This document shows, piece by piece, positions 46,101 to 61,100 of a stretch of 64,000 nucleotides of DNA (position 1 is its first letter; the number at the start of each line of letters is the position of its first letter). The stretch lies in assembly GCF_009914755.1 (NCBI RefSeq), contig NC_060948.1; one strand, given 5' to 3'. The notes under the pieces are model-generated. The model was not told the origin of the DNA. It worked only from the letters and a program-made list of their open reading frames with translations, and ran no database searches. Source of the DNA: the human T2T-CHM13v2.0 reference genome, Homo sapiens. Made by a program: the position numbers and the translations under genes.

Positions 46101-49100
46101 AATTGAGTGCAGTGCAATGGAATGGAATGGAATGGAATGCAATGGAATGGAATGGAATGGAATGGAATGGAATGGAATGGAATGGGATGGAATGGTATGG
46201 AATGGATAGTAATTTACTGGAGTGAAATGGACTGGAAAGGAATGGACTCAAATTGAAAGGGCTCGAAAGGAATGGAGTCAAATGGAATGGTCTGGAATGG
46301 AATGAACACGAATGTAATGCAATCCAATAGAATGGAATCGAATGGCATGGAATATAAAGAAATGGAATCGAAGAGAATGGAAACAAATGGAATGGAATTG
46401 AATGGAATGGGATTGAATGGAATGGGAGGGAATGGAGTGAAATTGTATGCAGTAGAAGAGAATAGAATGGAATGCAAGCGAAAGGAAAGGAATGGATTGG
46501 AATGGAATGGAATTCATTGGAATGGAAGGGAATGTAGTGTAATGGACAGGCCTGGAATAAAGTGGAATGCTACGGTGTCAAATGGAATAAAAATGTATGG
46601 AATGGAATGCAATGAAACGGAATCGAATGTCATAGAATGTAATGGAATGCAAAAAAATGGAATCCAAAATCATTGACTGGAAAGGCTGGGTGTCGAAAGG
46701 AATTGACTCCAATGGAATGGAATCGAATGGAATGGAAGTGAATAGAATCGAACTAAATCGAATGGAATGGAATTGATAGGAACGGAATGGAAAGGAATGC
46801 AATGATTTGGCATGGAATGGAATCGAATGGCATCGAATGGAATGGAATGGAATGCAATGGAATGGAATGTATTAGAATGTAATGAACTTTAATGGAATGT
46901 ACTCGAATGGATTCGACTGGAATGGAATGTTCTGGAAGTGAATGGACTCCAATGGAATGGATTCAAAAGGAATGGAATCGTACGGAATGGAATCTAATGG
47001 AATGGAATTAAATGGAAATGAATCAAATTGAATAGCACGGAATTGAATTGAATGGAATGGAATGCAATGGAATCTAATGAAACGGAAAGGAAAGGAATGG
47101 AATGGAATGGAATGGGCTGGAATGGAAAGGAATCGAAACGAATGGAATGGAATCGAACTGAAGAGACTGGAATGGAATGCACTGGAATGGAAGGGAGTGT
47201 AATGGAAGGTTCTCGAAAAAAATGGAATCGAATGGAATGGAATTGAATGGAACGGAATAGAGTCGAATGGAATTGAATGGAATGGAATGGACTAGAGTGA
47301 AATGGAATCGAACCACAAGGGATGGACAGGAATAGAATGGTCTCGAATTGAATGGAATCGTATGGAATGGCATCAAACGGAATGGAATGGACAGCCACGG
47401 AATGGAATGCACTCGAATGCAATGGAGTCGAAACTAATGGACTGGAATAGAATGGACTCGACTGGTACGGACTCCAATGGAATGGAATCGAATGGAAGGG
47501 AATCGAACGGAATGGAATCGAAGGGAAAAGACTGCAATGGAAAGGTCTCGAATGGAATGGAAATTAATGGAATGGAATGGAATCGAATGAAATGGAGTCA
47601 AAAGGAATGGAATCGAATGGCAAGAAATCGAATGTAATGGAATCGCAAGGAATTGATGTGAACGGAACGGAATGGAATGGAATCCAAAGGAATGGAATAG
47701 AATGGAATGGAATCGAATGGAAAGGACTCGAATGGAAATCACTCGAATAGAATGCAATTTAATAAAATAGGATCAAATGTAATGGAATGGAATGGAAAGG
47801 AATCGAAACGAAAGGAATGGAGACAGATGGAATGGAATGGAACAGAGAGCAATGGTATAGAATGGAATGGAATCATCTGGAATGGAATTGAATGGAATGG
47901 AATAATATGAAATGGAATGGAATGGAATGGAATGGAATGCCCTTGAATTAAATGGACTGGAATGGAATGGACTCGAACAGAGTGGAATGGAAAGTGTTGA
48001 GATAGAATGGAATGGACTCCTTTGGAATGGTGTAGTATGCAATGCAATCGACTGGCAGGGAATCAAAAGGAATGTAATCGAATGGATTGGACTGGAATGC
48101 AATGGACTCGAATAGATTGCAAACGGAATGCAAAGGAATGGAATGGAATAGTATGGAATGGAATGGAAAGGAATGGAGTGGAATAGACTAGAGTGGAATG
48201 GAATGGACTGGAAAGCAATGGACTGGAATGGAACTTTCTTGAATGGACTGGAATCAAACGGAATGGAATGCAATGCAATCAAATGGCATGGAATAAAATA
48301 GAATGAAAGAGAATCAAATGGAATTGAATCGAATGGAATCGAATGGATTGGAAAGGAATAGAATGGAATGGAATGGAATTGACTCAAATGGAATGGACTA
48401 GAATGGAATGGATTCGAATGGAAGGCAAAGGAATGGAATCTATTGGAATGGACTGTAATGGAATGGAATGGAAGGGATTGGAATGGACTCGAATGGAATG
48501 GACTGCAATAGAAAGGATTCGAATGGAATGAAAAAGAATTGAATGGAATAGAACAGAATGGAATCAAATCGAATGAAATGGAATGGAATAGAAAGGAATG
48601 GAATGAAATGGAATGGAAAGGATTCGAATGGAATGCAATCGAATGGAATGGAATCGAACGGAATGGAATAAAATGGAAGAAAACTGGCAAGAAATGGAAT
48701 CGAAATGAATGGAGTGTTATGGAACGGACTCAAAAGGAATTGAATGTAATAGAATGGAGTGGAGTGGACTCGAATATAATGGACTGGAATGGAATGAAAT
48801 CACATGGAATGGGAACGAATGGAATGGAATGGAAAGGAATGGAATCGAATGGAAAGGAATCAAATGGAAGGGAATGAAATTGAATCAACAGGAATGGAAG
48901 GGAATAGAATAGACGGTAATGGAATGGACTCGAATAGAATGGACACGAATGCTCAAATTGAATGGACTCGAATGGAATGGAAACGAAAGGAATGTCATCG
49001 AATGGAATTGAATCGATTGGAATGAAATCGCATAGAATGGAGTGGAATCAAATGGAATTGAATCGAAAGGAAAGGAAGCGAATGGACTGAAATGAAATGG

Positions 49101-52100
49101 AATGGAATTGAATGGAAAGTAATGCAATGGAATAGAATGGAACGAAATTTCACGGAATGGAATCAAACTGAATGGAATCAAATCAATGGAATCAAATCAA
49201 ATGGAATGGAAAGGAATTGAATGGAGTAGATTTGATTGGATGGGATTGGAATGAAATGTACTGGAAAGGACTCGAATTTCATGAAACGGAATGGAATGAA
49301 TTGGAACGGAATGGACTCGAATGGAATGGAATGTCATGGAATGGCATCAAATGGAATGGCATCAAATGGAATGGAATCGAATGCAATGGAATGCTATGGA
49401 ATGGAATGGAATGCATTGGAATGGAATGTCCTCTAATGGAATGGATTCGAGAGGAATGGAATCGAATATAATGGAGTCGAATGAAATGGAATTGAAAGGA
49501 ATGGGATCGAATACAAAGGAATATACTGGAATGTAATGTAATGAACTCGAATGTAATTGACTGGAATGGAATGTACATGAATGGAATGTAATCGAATGGA
49601 AAGTAATCCAATGGAATAGAATCTAATGCAATAAAATCGACTCAGATAGAGTAGAATGTAATTGAATGGAGTGCAGTGCAATGGAATGGAATGGAATGGA
49701 ATGCAATGGAATGGAATGGAATGGAATGGAATGGAATGGGATGGAATGGGATGGAATGGTATGGAATGGATAGTAATGGACTGGAGTGAAATGGACTGGA
49801 AAGGAATGGACTCAAATTGAAAGGGCTCGAAAGGAATGGAGTCAAATGGAATGGTCTGGAATGGAATGAACACGAATGTAATGCAATCCAATAGAATGGA
49901 ATCGAATGGCATGGAATATAAAGAAATGGAATCGAAGAGAATGGAAACAAATGGAATGGAATTGAATGGAATGGGAACGAATGGAGTGAAATTGTATGCA
50001 GTAGAAGGGAATAGATTGGAATGCAAGCGAAAGGAAAGGAATGGATTGGAATGGAATGGAATTCATTGGAATGGAAGGGAATGTAGTGTAATGGACAGGC
50101 CTGGAATAAAGTGGAATGCTACGGTCTCGAATGGAATAAAAATGTATGGAATGGAATGCAATGAAACGGAATCGAATGTCATAGAATGTAATGGAATGCA
50201 ACAAAATGGAATCCAAAATCATTGACTGGAAAGGCTGGGTGTCGAAAGGAATTGACTCCAATGGAATGGAATCGAATGGAATGGAAGTGAATAGAATCGA
50301 ACTAAATCGAATGGAATGGAATTGATAGGAACGGAATGGAAAGGAATGCAATGATTTGGCATGGAATGGAATCGAATGGCATCGAATGGAATGGAATGGA
50401 ATGCAATGGAATGGAATGTATTAGAATGTAATGAACTTTAATGGAATGTACTCGAATGGATTCGACTGGAATGGAATGTTCTGGAAGTGAATGGACTCCA
50501 ATGGAATGGATTCAAAAGGAATGGAATCGTACGGAATGGAATCTAATGGAATGCAATTAAATGGAAATGAATCAAATTGAATAGCACGGAATTGAATTGA
50601 ATGGAATGGAATGCAATGGAATCTAATGAAACGGAAAGGAAAGGAATGGAATGGAATGGAATGGGCTGGAATGGAAAGGAATCGAAACGAATGGAATGGA
50701 ATCGAAGTGAAGAGACTGGAATGGAATGCACTGGAATGGAAGGGAGTGTAATGGAAGGTTCTCGAAAAAAATGGAATCGAATGGAATGGAATTGAATGGA
50801 ACGGAATAGAGTCGAATGGAATTGAATGGAATGGAATGGACTAGAGTGAAATGGAATCGAACCACAAGGAATGGACAGGAATAGAATGGTCTCGAATTGA
50901 ATGGAATCGTATGGAATGGCATCAAACGGAATGGAATGGACAGCCACGGAATGGAATGCACTCGAATGCAATGGAGTCGAAACTAATGGACTGGAATAGA
51001 ATGGACTCGACTGGTACGGACTCCAATGGAATGGAATCGAATGGAAGGGAATCGAACGGAATGGACTCGAAGGGAAAAGACTGCAATGGAAAGGTCTCGA
51101 ATGGAATGGAAATTAATGGAATGGAATGGAATCGAATGAAATGGAGTCAAAAGGAATGGAATCGAATGGCAAGAAATCGAATGTAATGGAATCGCAAGGA
51201 ATTGATGTGAACGGAACGGAATGGAATGGAATCCAAAGGAATGGAATAGAATGGAATGGAATCGAATGGAAAGGACTCGAATGGAAATCACTCGAATAGA
51301 ATGCAATTTAATAAAATAGGATCAAATGTAATGGAATGGAATGGAAAGGAATCGAAACGAAAGGAATGGAGACAGATGGAATGGAATGGAACAGAGAGCA
51401 ATGGTATAGAATGCAATGGAATCATCTGGAATGGAATTGAATGGAATGGAATAATATGAAATGGAATGGAATGGAATGGAATGGAATGCCCTTGAATTAA
51501 ATGGACTGGAATGGAATGGACTCGAACAGAGTGGAATGGAAAGTGTTGAGATAGAATGGAATGGACTCCTTTGGAATGGTGTAGTATGCAATGCAATCGA
51601 CTGGCAGGGAATCAAAAGGAATGTAATGGAATGGACTGGACTGGAATGCAATGGACTCGTATAGATTGGAAACGGAATGCAAAGGAATGGAATGGAATAG
51701 TATGGAATGGAATGGAAAGGAATGGAGTGGAATAGACTAGAGTGGAATGGAATGGACTGGAAAGCAATGGACTGGAATGGAACTTTCTTGAATGGACTGG
51801 AATCAAACGGAATGGAATGCAATGCAATCAAATGGCATGGAATAAAATAGAATGAAAGAGAATCAAATGGAATTGAATCGAATGGAATCGAATGGATTGG
51901 AAAGGAATAGAATGGAATGGAATGGAATTGACTCAAATGGAATGGACTAGAATGGAATGGATTCGAATGGAAGGCAAAGGAATGGAATCTATTGGAATGG
52001 ACTGTAATGGAATGGAATGGAAGGGATTGGAATGGACTCGAATGGAATGGACTGCAATAGAAAGGATTCGAATGGAATGAAAAAGAATTGAATGGAATAG

Positions 52101-55100
52101 AACAGAATGGAATCAAATCGAATGAAATGGAATGGAATAGAAAGGAATGGAATGAAATGGAATGGAAAGGATTCGAATGGAATGCAATCGAATGGAATGG
52201 AATCGAACGGAATGGAATAAAATGGAAGAAAACTGGCAAGAAATGGAATCGAAATGAATGGAGTGTTATGGAACGGACTCAAAAGGAATTGAATGTAATA
52301 GAATGGAGTGGAGTGGACTCGAATATAATGGACTGGAATGGAATGAAATCACATGGAATGGGAACGAATGGAATGGAATGGAAAGGAATGGAATCGAATG
52401 GAAAGGAATCGAATGGAAGGGAATGAAATTGAATCAACAGGAATGGAAGAGAATAGAATAGACGGTAATGGAATGGACTCGAATAGAATGGACACGAATG
52501 CTCAAATTGAATGGACTCGAATGGAATGGAAACGAAAGGAATGTCATCGAATGGAATTGAATCGATTGGTATGAAATCGCATAGAATGGAGTGGAATCAA
52601 ATGGAATTGAATCGAAAGGAAAGGAAGCCAATGGACTGAAATGAAATGGAATGGAATTGAATGGAAAGTAATGCAATGGAATAGAATGGAACGAAATTTC
52701 ACGGAATGGAATCAAACTGAATGGAATCAAATCAATGGAATCAAATCAAATGGAATGGAAAGGAATTGAATGGAGTAGATTGGATTGGATGGGATTGGAA
52801 TGAAATGTACTGGAAAGGACTCGAATTTCATGAAACGGAATGGAATGAATTGGAACGGAATGGACTCGAATGGAATGGAATGTCATGGAATGGCATCAAA
52901 TGGAATGGCATCAAATGGAATGGAATCGAATACAATGGAATGCTATGGAATGGAATGGAATGCATTGGAATGGAATGTCCTCTAATGGAATGGATTCGAG
53001 TGGAATGGAATCGAATATAATGGAGTCGAATGAAATGGAATTGAAAGGAGTGGGATCGAATACAACGGAATATACTGGAATGTAATGTAATGAACTCGAA
53101 TGTAATTGACTGGAATGGAATGTACATGAATGGAATGTAATCGAATGGAAAGTAATCCAATGGAATAGAATCTAATGCAATAAAATCGACTCAGATAGAG
53201 TAGAATGTAATGGAATGGAGTGCAGTGCAATGGAATGGATTGGAATGGAATGCAATGGAATGGAATGGAATGGAATGGAATGGAATGGGATGGAATGGGA
53301 TGGAATGGTATGGAATGGATAGTAATGGACTGGAGTGAAATGGACTGGAAAGGAATGGACTCAAATTGAAAGGGCTCGAAAGGAATGGAGTCAAATGTAA
53401 TGGTCTGGAATGGAATGAACACGAATGTAATGCAATCCAATAGAATGGAATCGAATGGCATGGAATATAAAGAAATGGAATCGAAGAGAATGGAAACAAA
53501 TGGAATGGAATTGAATGGAATGGAATTGAATGGAATGGGAACGAATGGAGTGAAATTGTATGCAGTAGAAGGGAATAGAATGGAATGCAAGCGAAAGGAA
53601 AGGAATGGATTGGAATGGAATGGAACTCATTGGAATGGAAGGGAATGTAGTGTAATGGACAGGCCTGGAATAAAGTGGAAAGCTACGGTCTCGAATGAAA
53701 TAAAAATATATGGAATGGAATGCAATGAAACGGAATCGAATGTCATAGAATGTAATGGAATGCAAAAAAATGGAATCCAAAATCATTGACTGGAAAGGCT
53801 GGGTGTCGAAAGGAATTGACTCCAATGGAATGGAATCGAATGGAATGGAAGTGAATAGAATCGAACTAAATCGAATGGAATGGAATTGATAGGAACGGAA
53901 TGGAAAGGAATGCAATGATTTGGCATGGAATGGAATCGAATGGCATCGAATGGAATGGAATGGAATGCAATGGAATGGAATGTATTAGAATGTAATGAAC
54001 TTTAATGGAATGTACTCGAATGGATTCGACTGGAATGGAATGTTCTGGAAGTGAATGGACTCCAATGGAATGGATTCAAAAGGAATGGAATCGTACGGAA
54101 TGGAATCTAATGGAATGCAATTAAATGGAAATGAATCAAATTGAATAGCACGGAATTGAATTGAATGGAATGGAATGCAATGGAATCTAATGAAACGGAA
54201 AGGAAAGGAATGGAATGGAATGGAATGGGCTGGAATGGAAAGGAATCGAAACGAATGGAATGGAATCGAACTGAAGAGACTGGAATGGAATGCACTGGAA
54301 TGGAAGGGAGTGTAATGGAAGGTTCTCGAAAAAAATGGAATCGAATGGAATGGAATTGAATGGAACGGAATAGAGTCGAATGGAATTGAATGGAATGGAA
54401 TGGACTAGAGTGAAATGGAATCGAACCACAAGGAATGGACAGGAATAGAATGGTCTCGAATTGAATGGAATCGTATGGAATGGCATCAAACGGAATGGAA
54501 TGGACAGCCACGGAATGGAATGCACTCGAATGCAATGGAGTCGAAACTAATGGACTGGAATAGAATGGACTCGACTGGTACGGACTGCAATGGAATGGAA
54601 TCGAATGGAAGGGAATCGAACGGAATGGACTCGAAGGGAAAAGACTGCAATGGAAAGGTCTCGAATGGAATGGAAATTAATGGAATGGAATGGAATCGAA
54701 TGAAATGGAGTCAAAAGGAATGGAATCGAATGGCAAGAAATCGAATGTAATGGAATCGCAAGGAATTGATGTGAACGGAACGGAATGGAATGGAATCCAA
54801 AGGAATGGAATAGAATGGAATGGAATCGAATGGAAAGGACTCGAATGGAAATCACTCGAATAGAATGCAATTTAATAAAATAGGATCAAATGTAATGGAA
54901 TGGAATGGAAAGGAATCGAAACGAAAGGAATGGAGACAGATGGAATGGAATGGAACAGAGAGCAATGGTATAGAATGGAATGGAATCATCTGGAATGGAA
55001 TTGAATGGAATGGAATAATATGAAATGGAATGGAATGGAATGGAATGGAATGCCCTTGAATTAAATGGACTGGAATGGAATGGACTCGAACAGAGTGGAA

Positions 55101-58100
55101 TGGAAAGTGTTGAGATAGAATGGAATGGACTCCTTTGGAATGGTGTAGTATGCAATGCAATCGACTGGCAGGGAATCAAAAGGAATGTAATGGAATGGAC
55201 TGGACTGGAATGCAATGGACTCGTATAGATTGGAAACGGAATGCAAAGGAATGGAATGGAATAGTATGGAATGGAATGGAAAGGAATGGAGTGGAATAGA
55301 CTAGAGTGGAATGGAATGGACTGGAAAGCAATGGACTGGAATGGAACTTTCTTGAATGGACTGGAATCAAACGGAATGGAATGCAATGCAATCAAATGGC
55401 ATGGAATAAAATAGAATGAAAGAGAATCAAATGGAATTGAATCGAATGGAATCGAATGGATTGGAAAGGAATAGAATGGAATGGAATGGAATTGACTCAA
55501 ATGGAATGGACTAGAATGGAATGGATTCGAATGGAAGGCAAAGGAATGGAATCTATTGGAATGGACTGTAATGGAATGGAATGGAAGGGATTGGAATGGA
55601 CTCGAATGGAATGGACTGCAATAGAAAGGATTCGAATGGAATGAAAAAGAATTGAATGGAATAGAACAGAATGGAATCAAATCGAATGAAATGGAATGGA
55701 ATAGAAAGGAATGGAATGAAATGGAATGGAAAGGATTCGAATGGAATGCAATCGAATGGAATGGAATCGAACGGAATGGAATAAAATGGAAGAAAACTGG
55801 CAAGAAATGGAATCGAAATGAATGGAGTGTTATGGAACGGACTCAAAAGGAATTGAATGTAATAGAATGGAGTGGAGTGGACTCGAATATAATGGACTGG
55901 AATGGAATGAAATCACATGGAATGGGAACGAATGGAATGGAATGGAAAGGAATGGAATCGAATGGAAAGGAATCGAATGGAAGGGAATGAAATTGAATCA
56001 ACAGGAATGGAAGGGAATAGAATAGACGGTAATGGAATGGACTCGAATAGAATGGACACGAATGCTCAAATTGAATGGACTCGAATGGAATGGAAACGAA
56101 AGGAATGTCATCGAATGGAATTGAATCGATTGGAATGAAATCGCATAGAATGGAGTGGAATCAAATGGAATTGAATCGAAAGGAAAGGAAGCCAATGGAC
56201 TGAAATGAAATGGAATGGAATTGAATGGAAAGTAATGCAATGGAATAGAATGGAACGAAATTTCACGGAATGGAATCAAACTGAATGGAATCAAATCAAT
56301 GGAATCAAATCAAATGGAATGGAAAGGAATTGAATGGAGTAGATTGGATTGGATGGGATTGGAATGAAATGTACTGGAAAGGACTCGAATTTCATGAAAC
56401 GGAATGGAATGAATTGGAACGGAATGGACTCGAATGGAATGGAATGTCATGGAATGGCATCAAATGGAATGGCATCAAATGGAATGGAATCGAATGCAAT
56501 GGAATGCTATGGAATGGAATGGAATGCATTGGAATGGAATGTCCTCTAATGGAATGGATTCGAGTGGAATGGAATCGAATATAATGGAGTCGAATGAAAT
56601 GGAATTGAAAGGAATGGGATCGAATACAATGGAATATACTGGAATGTAATGTAATGAACTCGAATGTAATTGACTGGAATGGAATGTACATGAATGGAAT
56701 GTAATCGAATGGAAAGTAATCCAATGGAATAGAATCTAATGCAATAAAATCGACTCAGATAGAGTAGAATGTAATGGAATGGAGTGCAGTGCAATGGAAT
56801 GGATTGGAATGGAATGCAATGGAATGGAATGGAATGGAATGGAATGGAATGGAATGGGATGGAATGGGATGGAATGGTATGGAATGGATAGTAATGGACT
56901 GGAGTGAAATGGACTGGAAAGGAATGGACTCAAATTGAAAGGGCTCGATAGGAATGGAGTCAAATGTAATGGTCTGGAATGGAATGAACACGAATGTAAT
57001 GCAATCCAATAGAATGGAATCGAATGGCATGGAATATAAAGAAATGGAATCGAAGAGAATGGAAACAAATGGAATGGAATTGAATGGAATGGAATTGAAT
57101 GGAATGGGAAGGAATGGAGTGAAATTGTATGCAGTAGAAGGGAATAGAATGGAATGCAAGCGAAAGGAAAGGAATGGATTGGAATGGAATGGAACTCATT
57201 GGAATGGAAGGGAATGTAGTGTAATGGACAGGCCTGGAATAAAGTGGAAAGCTACGGTCTCGAATGGAATAAAAATATATGGAATGGAATGCAATGAAAC
57301 GGAATCGAATGTCATAGAATGTAATGGAATGCAAAAACATGGAATCCAAAATCATTGACTGGAAAGGCTGGGTGTCGAAAGGAATTGACTCCAATGGAAT
57401 GGAATCGAATGGAATGGAAGTGAATAGAATCGAACTAAATCGAATGGAATGGAATTGATAGGAACGGAATGGAAAGGAATGCAATGATTTGGCATGGAAT
57501 GGAATCGAATGGCATCGAATGGAATGGAATGGAATGCAATGGAATGGAATGTATTAGAATGTAATGAACTTTAATGGAATGTACTCGAATGGATTCGACT
57601 GGAATGGAATGTTCTGGAAGTGAATGGACTCCAATGGAATGGATTCAAAAGGAATGGAATCGTACGGAATGGAATCTAATGGAATGCAATTAAATGGAAA
57701 TGAATCAAATTGAATAGCATGGAATTGAATTGAATGGAATGGAATGCAATGGAATCTAATGAAACGGAAAGGAAAGGAATGGAATGGAATGGAATGGGCT
57801 GGAATGGAAAGGAATCGAAACGAATGGAATGGAATCGAACTGAAGAGACTGGAATGGAATGCACTGGAATGGAAGGGAGTGTAATGGAAGGTTCTCGAAA
57901 AAAATGGAATCGAATGGAATGGAATTGAATGGAACGGAATAGAGTCGAATGGAATTGAATGGAATGGAATGGACTAGAGTGAAATGGAATCGAACCACAA
58001 GGAATGGACAGGAATAGAATGGTCTCGAATTGAATGGAATCGTATGGAATGGCATCAAACGGAATGGAATGGACAGCCACGGAATGGAATGCACTCGAAT

Positions 58101-61100
58101 GCAATGGAGTCGAAACTAATGGACTGGAATAGAATGGACTCGACTGGTACGGACTGCAATGGAATGGAATCGAATGGAAGGGAATCGAACGGAATGGACT
58201 CGAAGGGAAAAGACTGCAATGGAAAGGTCTCGAATGGAATGGAAATTAATGGAATGGAATGGAATCGAATGAAATGGAGTCAAAAGGAATGGAATCGAAT
58301 GGCAAGAAATCGAATGTAATGGAATCGCAAGGAATTGATGTGAACGGAACGGAATGGAATGGAATCCAAAGGAATGGAATAGAATGGAATGGAATCGAAT
58401 GGAAAGGACTCGAATGGAAATCACTCGAATAGAATGCAATTTAATAAAATAGGATCAAATGTAATGGAATGGAATGGAAAGGAATCGAAACGAAAGGAAT
58501 GGAGACAGATGGAATGGAATGGAACAGAGAGCAATGGTATAGAATGGAATGGAATCATCTGGAATGGAATTGAATGGAATGGAATAATATGAAATGGAAT
58601 GGAATGGAATGGAATGGAATGCCCTTGAATTAAATGGACTGGAATGGAATGGACTCGAACAGAGTGGAATGGAAAGTGTTGAGATAGAATGGAATGGACT
58701 CCTTTGGAATGGTGTAGTATGCAATGCAATCGACTGGCAGGGAATCAAAAGGAATGTAATGGAATGGACTGGACTGGAATGCAATGGACTCGTATAGATT
58801 GGAAACGGAATGCAAAGGAATGGAATGGAATAGTATGGAATGGAATGGAAAGGAATGGAGTGGAATAGACTAGAGTGGAATGGAATGGACTGGAAAGCAA
58901 TGGACTGGAATGGAACTTTCTTGAATGGACTGGAATCAAACGGAATGGAATGCAATGCAATCAAATGGCATGGAATAAAATAGAATGAAAGAGAATCAAA
59001 TGGAATTGAATCGAATGGAATCGAATGGATTGGAAAGGAATAGAATGGAATGGAATGGAATGGACTCAAATGGAATGGACTAGAATGGAATGGATTCGAA
59101 TGGAAGGCAAAGGAATGGAATCTATTGGAATGGACTGTAATGGAATGGAATGGAAGGGATTGGAATGGACTCGAATGGAATGGACTGCAATAGAAAGGAT
59201 TCGAATGGAATGAAAAAGAATTGAATGGAATAGAACAGAATGGAATCAAATCGAATGAAATGGAATGGAATAGAAAGGAATGGAATGAAATGGAATGGAA
59301 AGGATTCGAATGGAATGCAATCGAATGGAATGGAATCGAACGGAATGGAATAAAATGGAAGAAAACTGGCAAGAAATGGAATCGAAATGAATGGAGTGTT
59401 ATGGAACGGACTCAAAAGGAATTGAATGTAATAGAATGGAGTGGAGTGGACTCGAATATAATGGACTGGAATGGAATGAAATCACATGGAATGGGAACGA
59501 ATGGAATGGAATGGAAAGGAATGGAATCGAATGGAAAGGAATCGAATGGAAGGGAATGAAATTGAATCAACAGGAATGGAAGGGAATAGAATAGACGGTA
59601 ATGGAATGGACTCGAATAGAATGGACACGAATGCTCAAATTGAATGGACTCGAATGGAATGGAAACGAAAGGATGTCATCGAATGGAATTGAATCGATTG
59701 GAATGAAATCGCATAGAATGGAGTGGAATCAAATGGAATTGAATCGAAAGGAAAGGAAGCCAATGGACTGAAATGAAATGGAATGGAATTGAATGGAAAG
59801 TAATGCAATGGAATAGAATGGAACGAAATTTCACGGAATGGAATCAAACTGAATGGAATCAAATCAATGGAATCAAATCAAATGGAATGGAAAGGAATTG
59901 AATGGAGTAGATTGGATTGGATGGGATTGGAATGAAATGTACTGGAAAGGACTCGAATTTCATGAAACGGAATGGAATGAATTGGAACGGAATGGACTCG
60001 AATGGAATGGAATGTCATGGAATGGCATCAAATGGAATGGCATCAAATGGAATGGAATCGAATGCAATGGAATGCTATGGAATGGAATGGAATGCATTGG
60101 AATGGAATGTCCTCTAATGGAATGGATTCGAGTGGAATGGAATCGAATATAATGGAGTCGAATGAAATGGAATTGAAAGGAATGGGATCGAATACAATGG
60201 AATATACTGGAATGTAATGTAATGAACTCGAATGTAATTGACTGGAATGGAATGTACATGAATGGAATGTAATCGAATGGAAAGTAATCCAATGGAATAG
60301 AATCTAATGCAATAAAATCGACTCAGATAGAGTAGAATGTAATGGAATGGAGTGCAGTGCAATGGAATGGATTGGAATGGAATGCAATGGAATGGAATGG
60401 AATGGAATGGAATGGAATGGAATGGGATGGAATGGGATGGAATGGTATGGAATGGATAGTAATGGACTGGAGTGAAATGGACTGGAAAGGAATGGACTCA
60501 AATTGAAAGGGCTCGATAGGAATGGAGTCAAATGTAATGGTCTGGAATGGAATGAACACGAATGTAATGCAATCCAATAGAATGGAATCGAATGGCATGG
60601 AATATAAAGAAATGGAATCGAAGAGAATGGAAACAAATGGAATGGAATTGAATGGAATGGAATTGAATGGAATGGGAAGGAATGGAGTGAAATTGTATGC
60701 AGTAGAAGGGAATAGAATGGAATGCAAGCGAAAGGAAAGGAATGGATTGGAATGGAATGGAACTCATTGGAATGGAAGGGAATGTAGTGTAATGGACAGG
60801 CCTGGAATAAAGTGGAAAGCTACGGTCTCGAATGGAATAAAAATATATGGAATGGAATGCAATGAAACGGAATCGAATGTCATAGAATGTAATGGAATGC
60901 AAAAACATGGAATCCAAAATCATTGACTGGAAAGGCTGGGTGTCGAAAGGAATTGACTCCAATGGAATGGAATCGAATGGAATGGAAGTGAATAGAATCG
61001 AACTAAATCGAATGGAATGGAATTGATAGGAACGGAATGGAAAGGAATGCAATGATTTGGCATGGAATGGAATCGAATGGCATCGAATGGAATGGAATGG

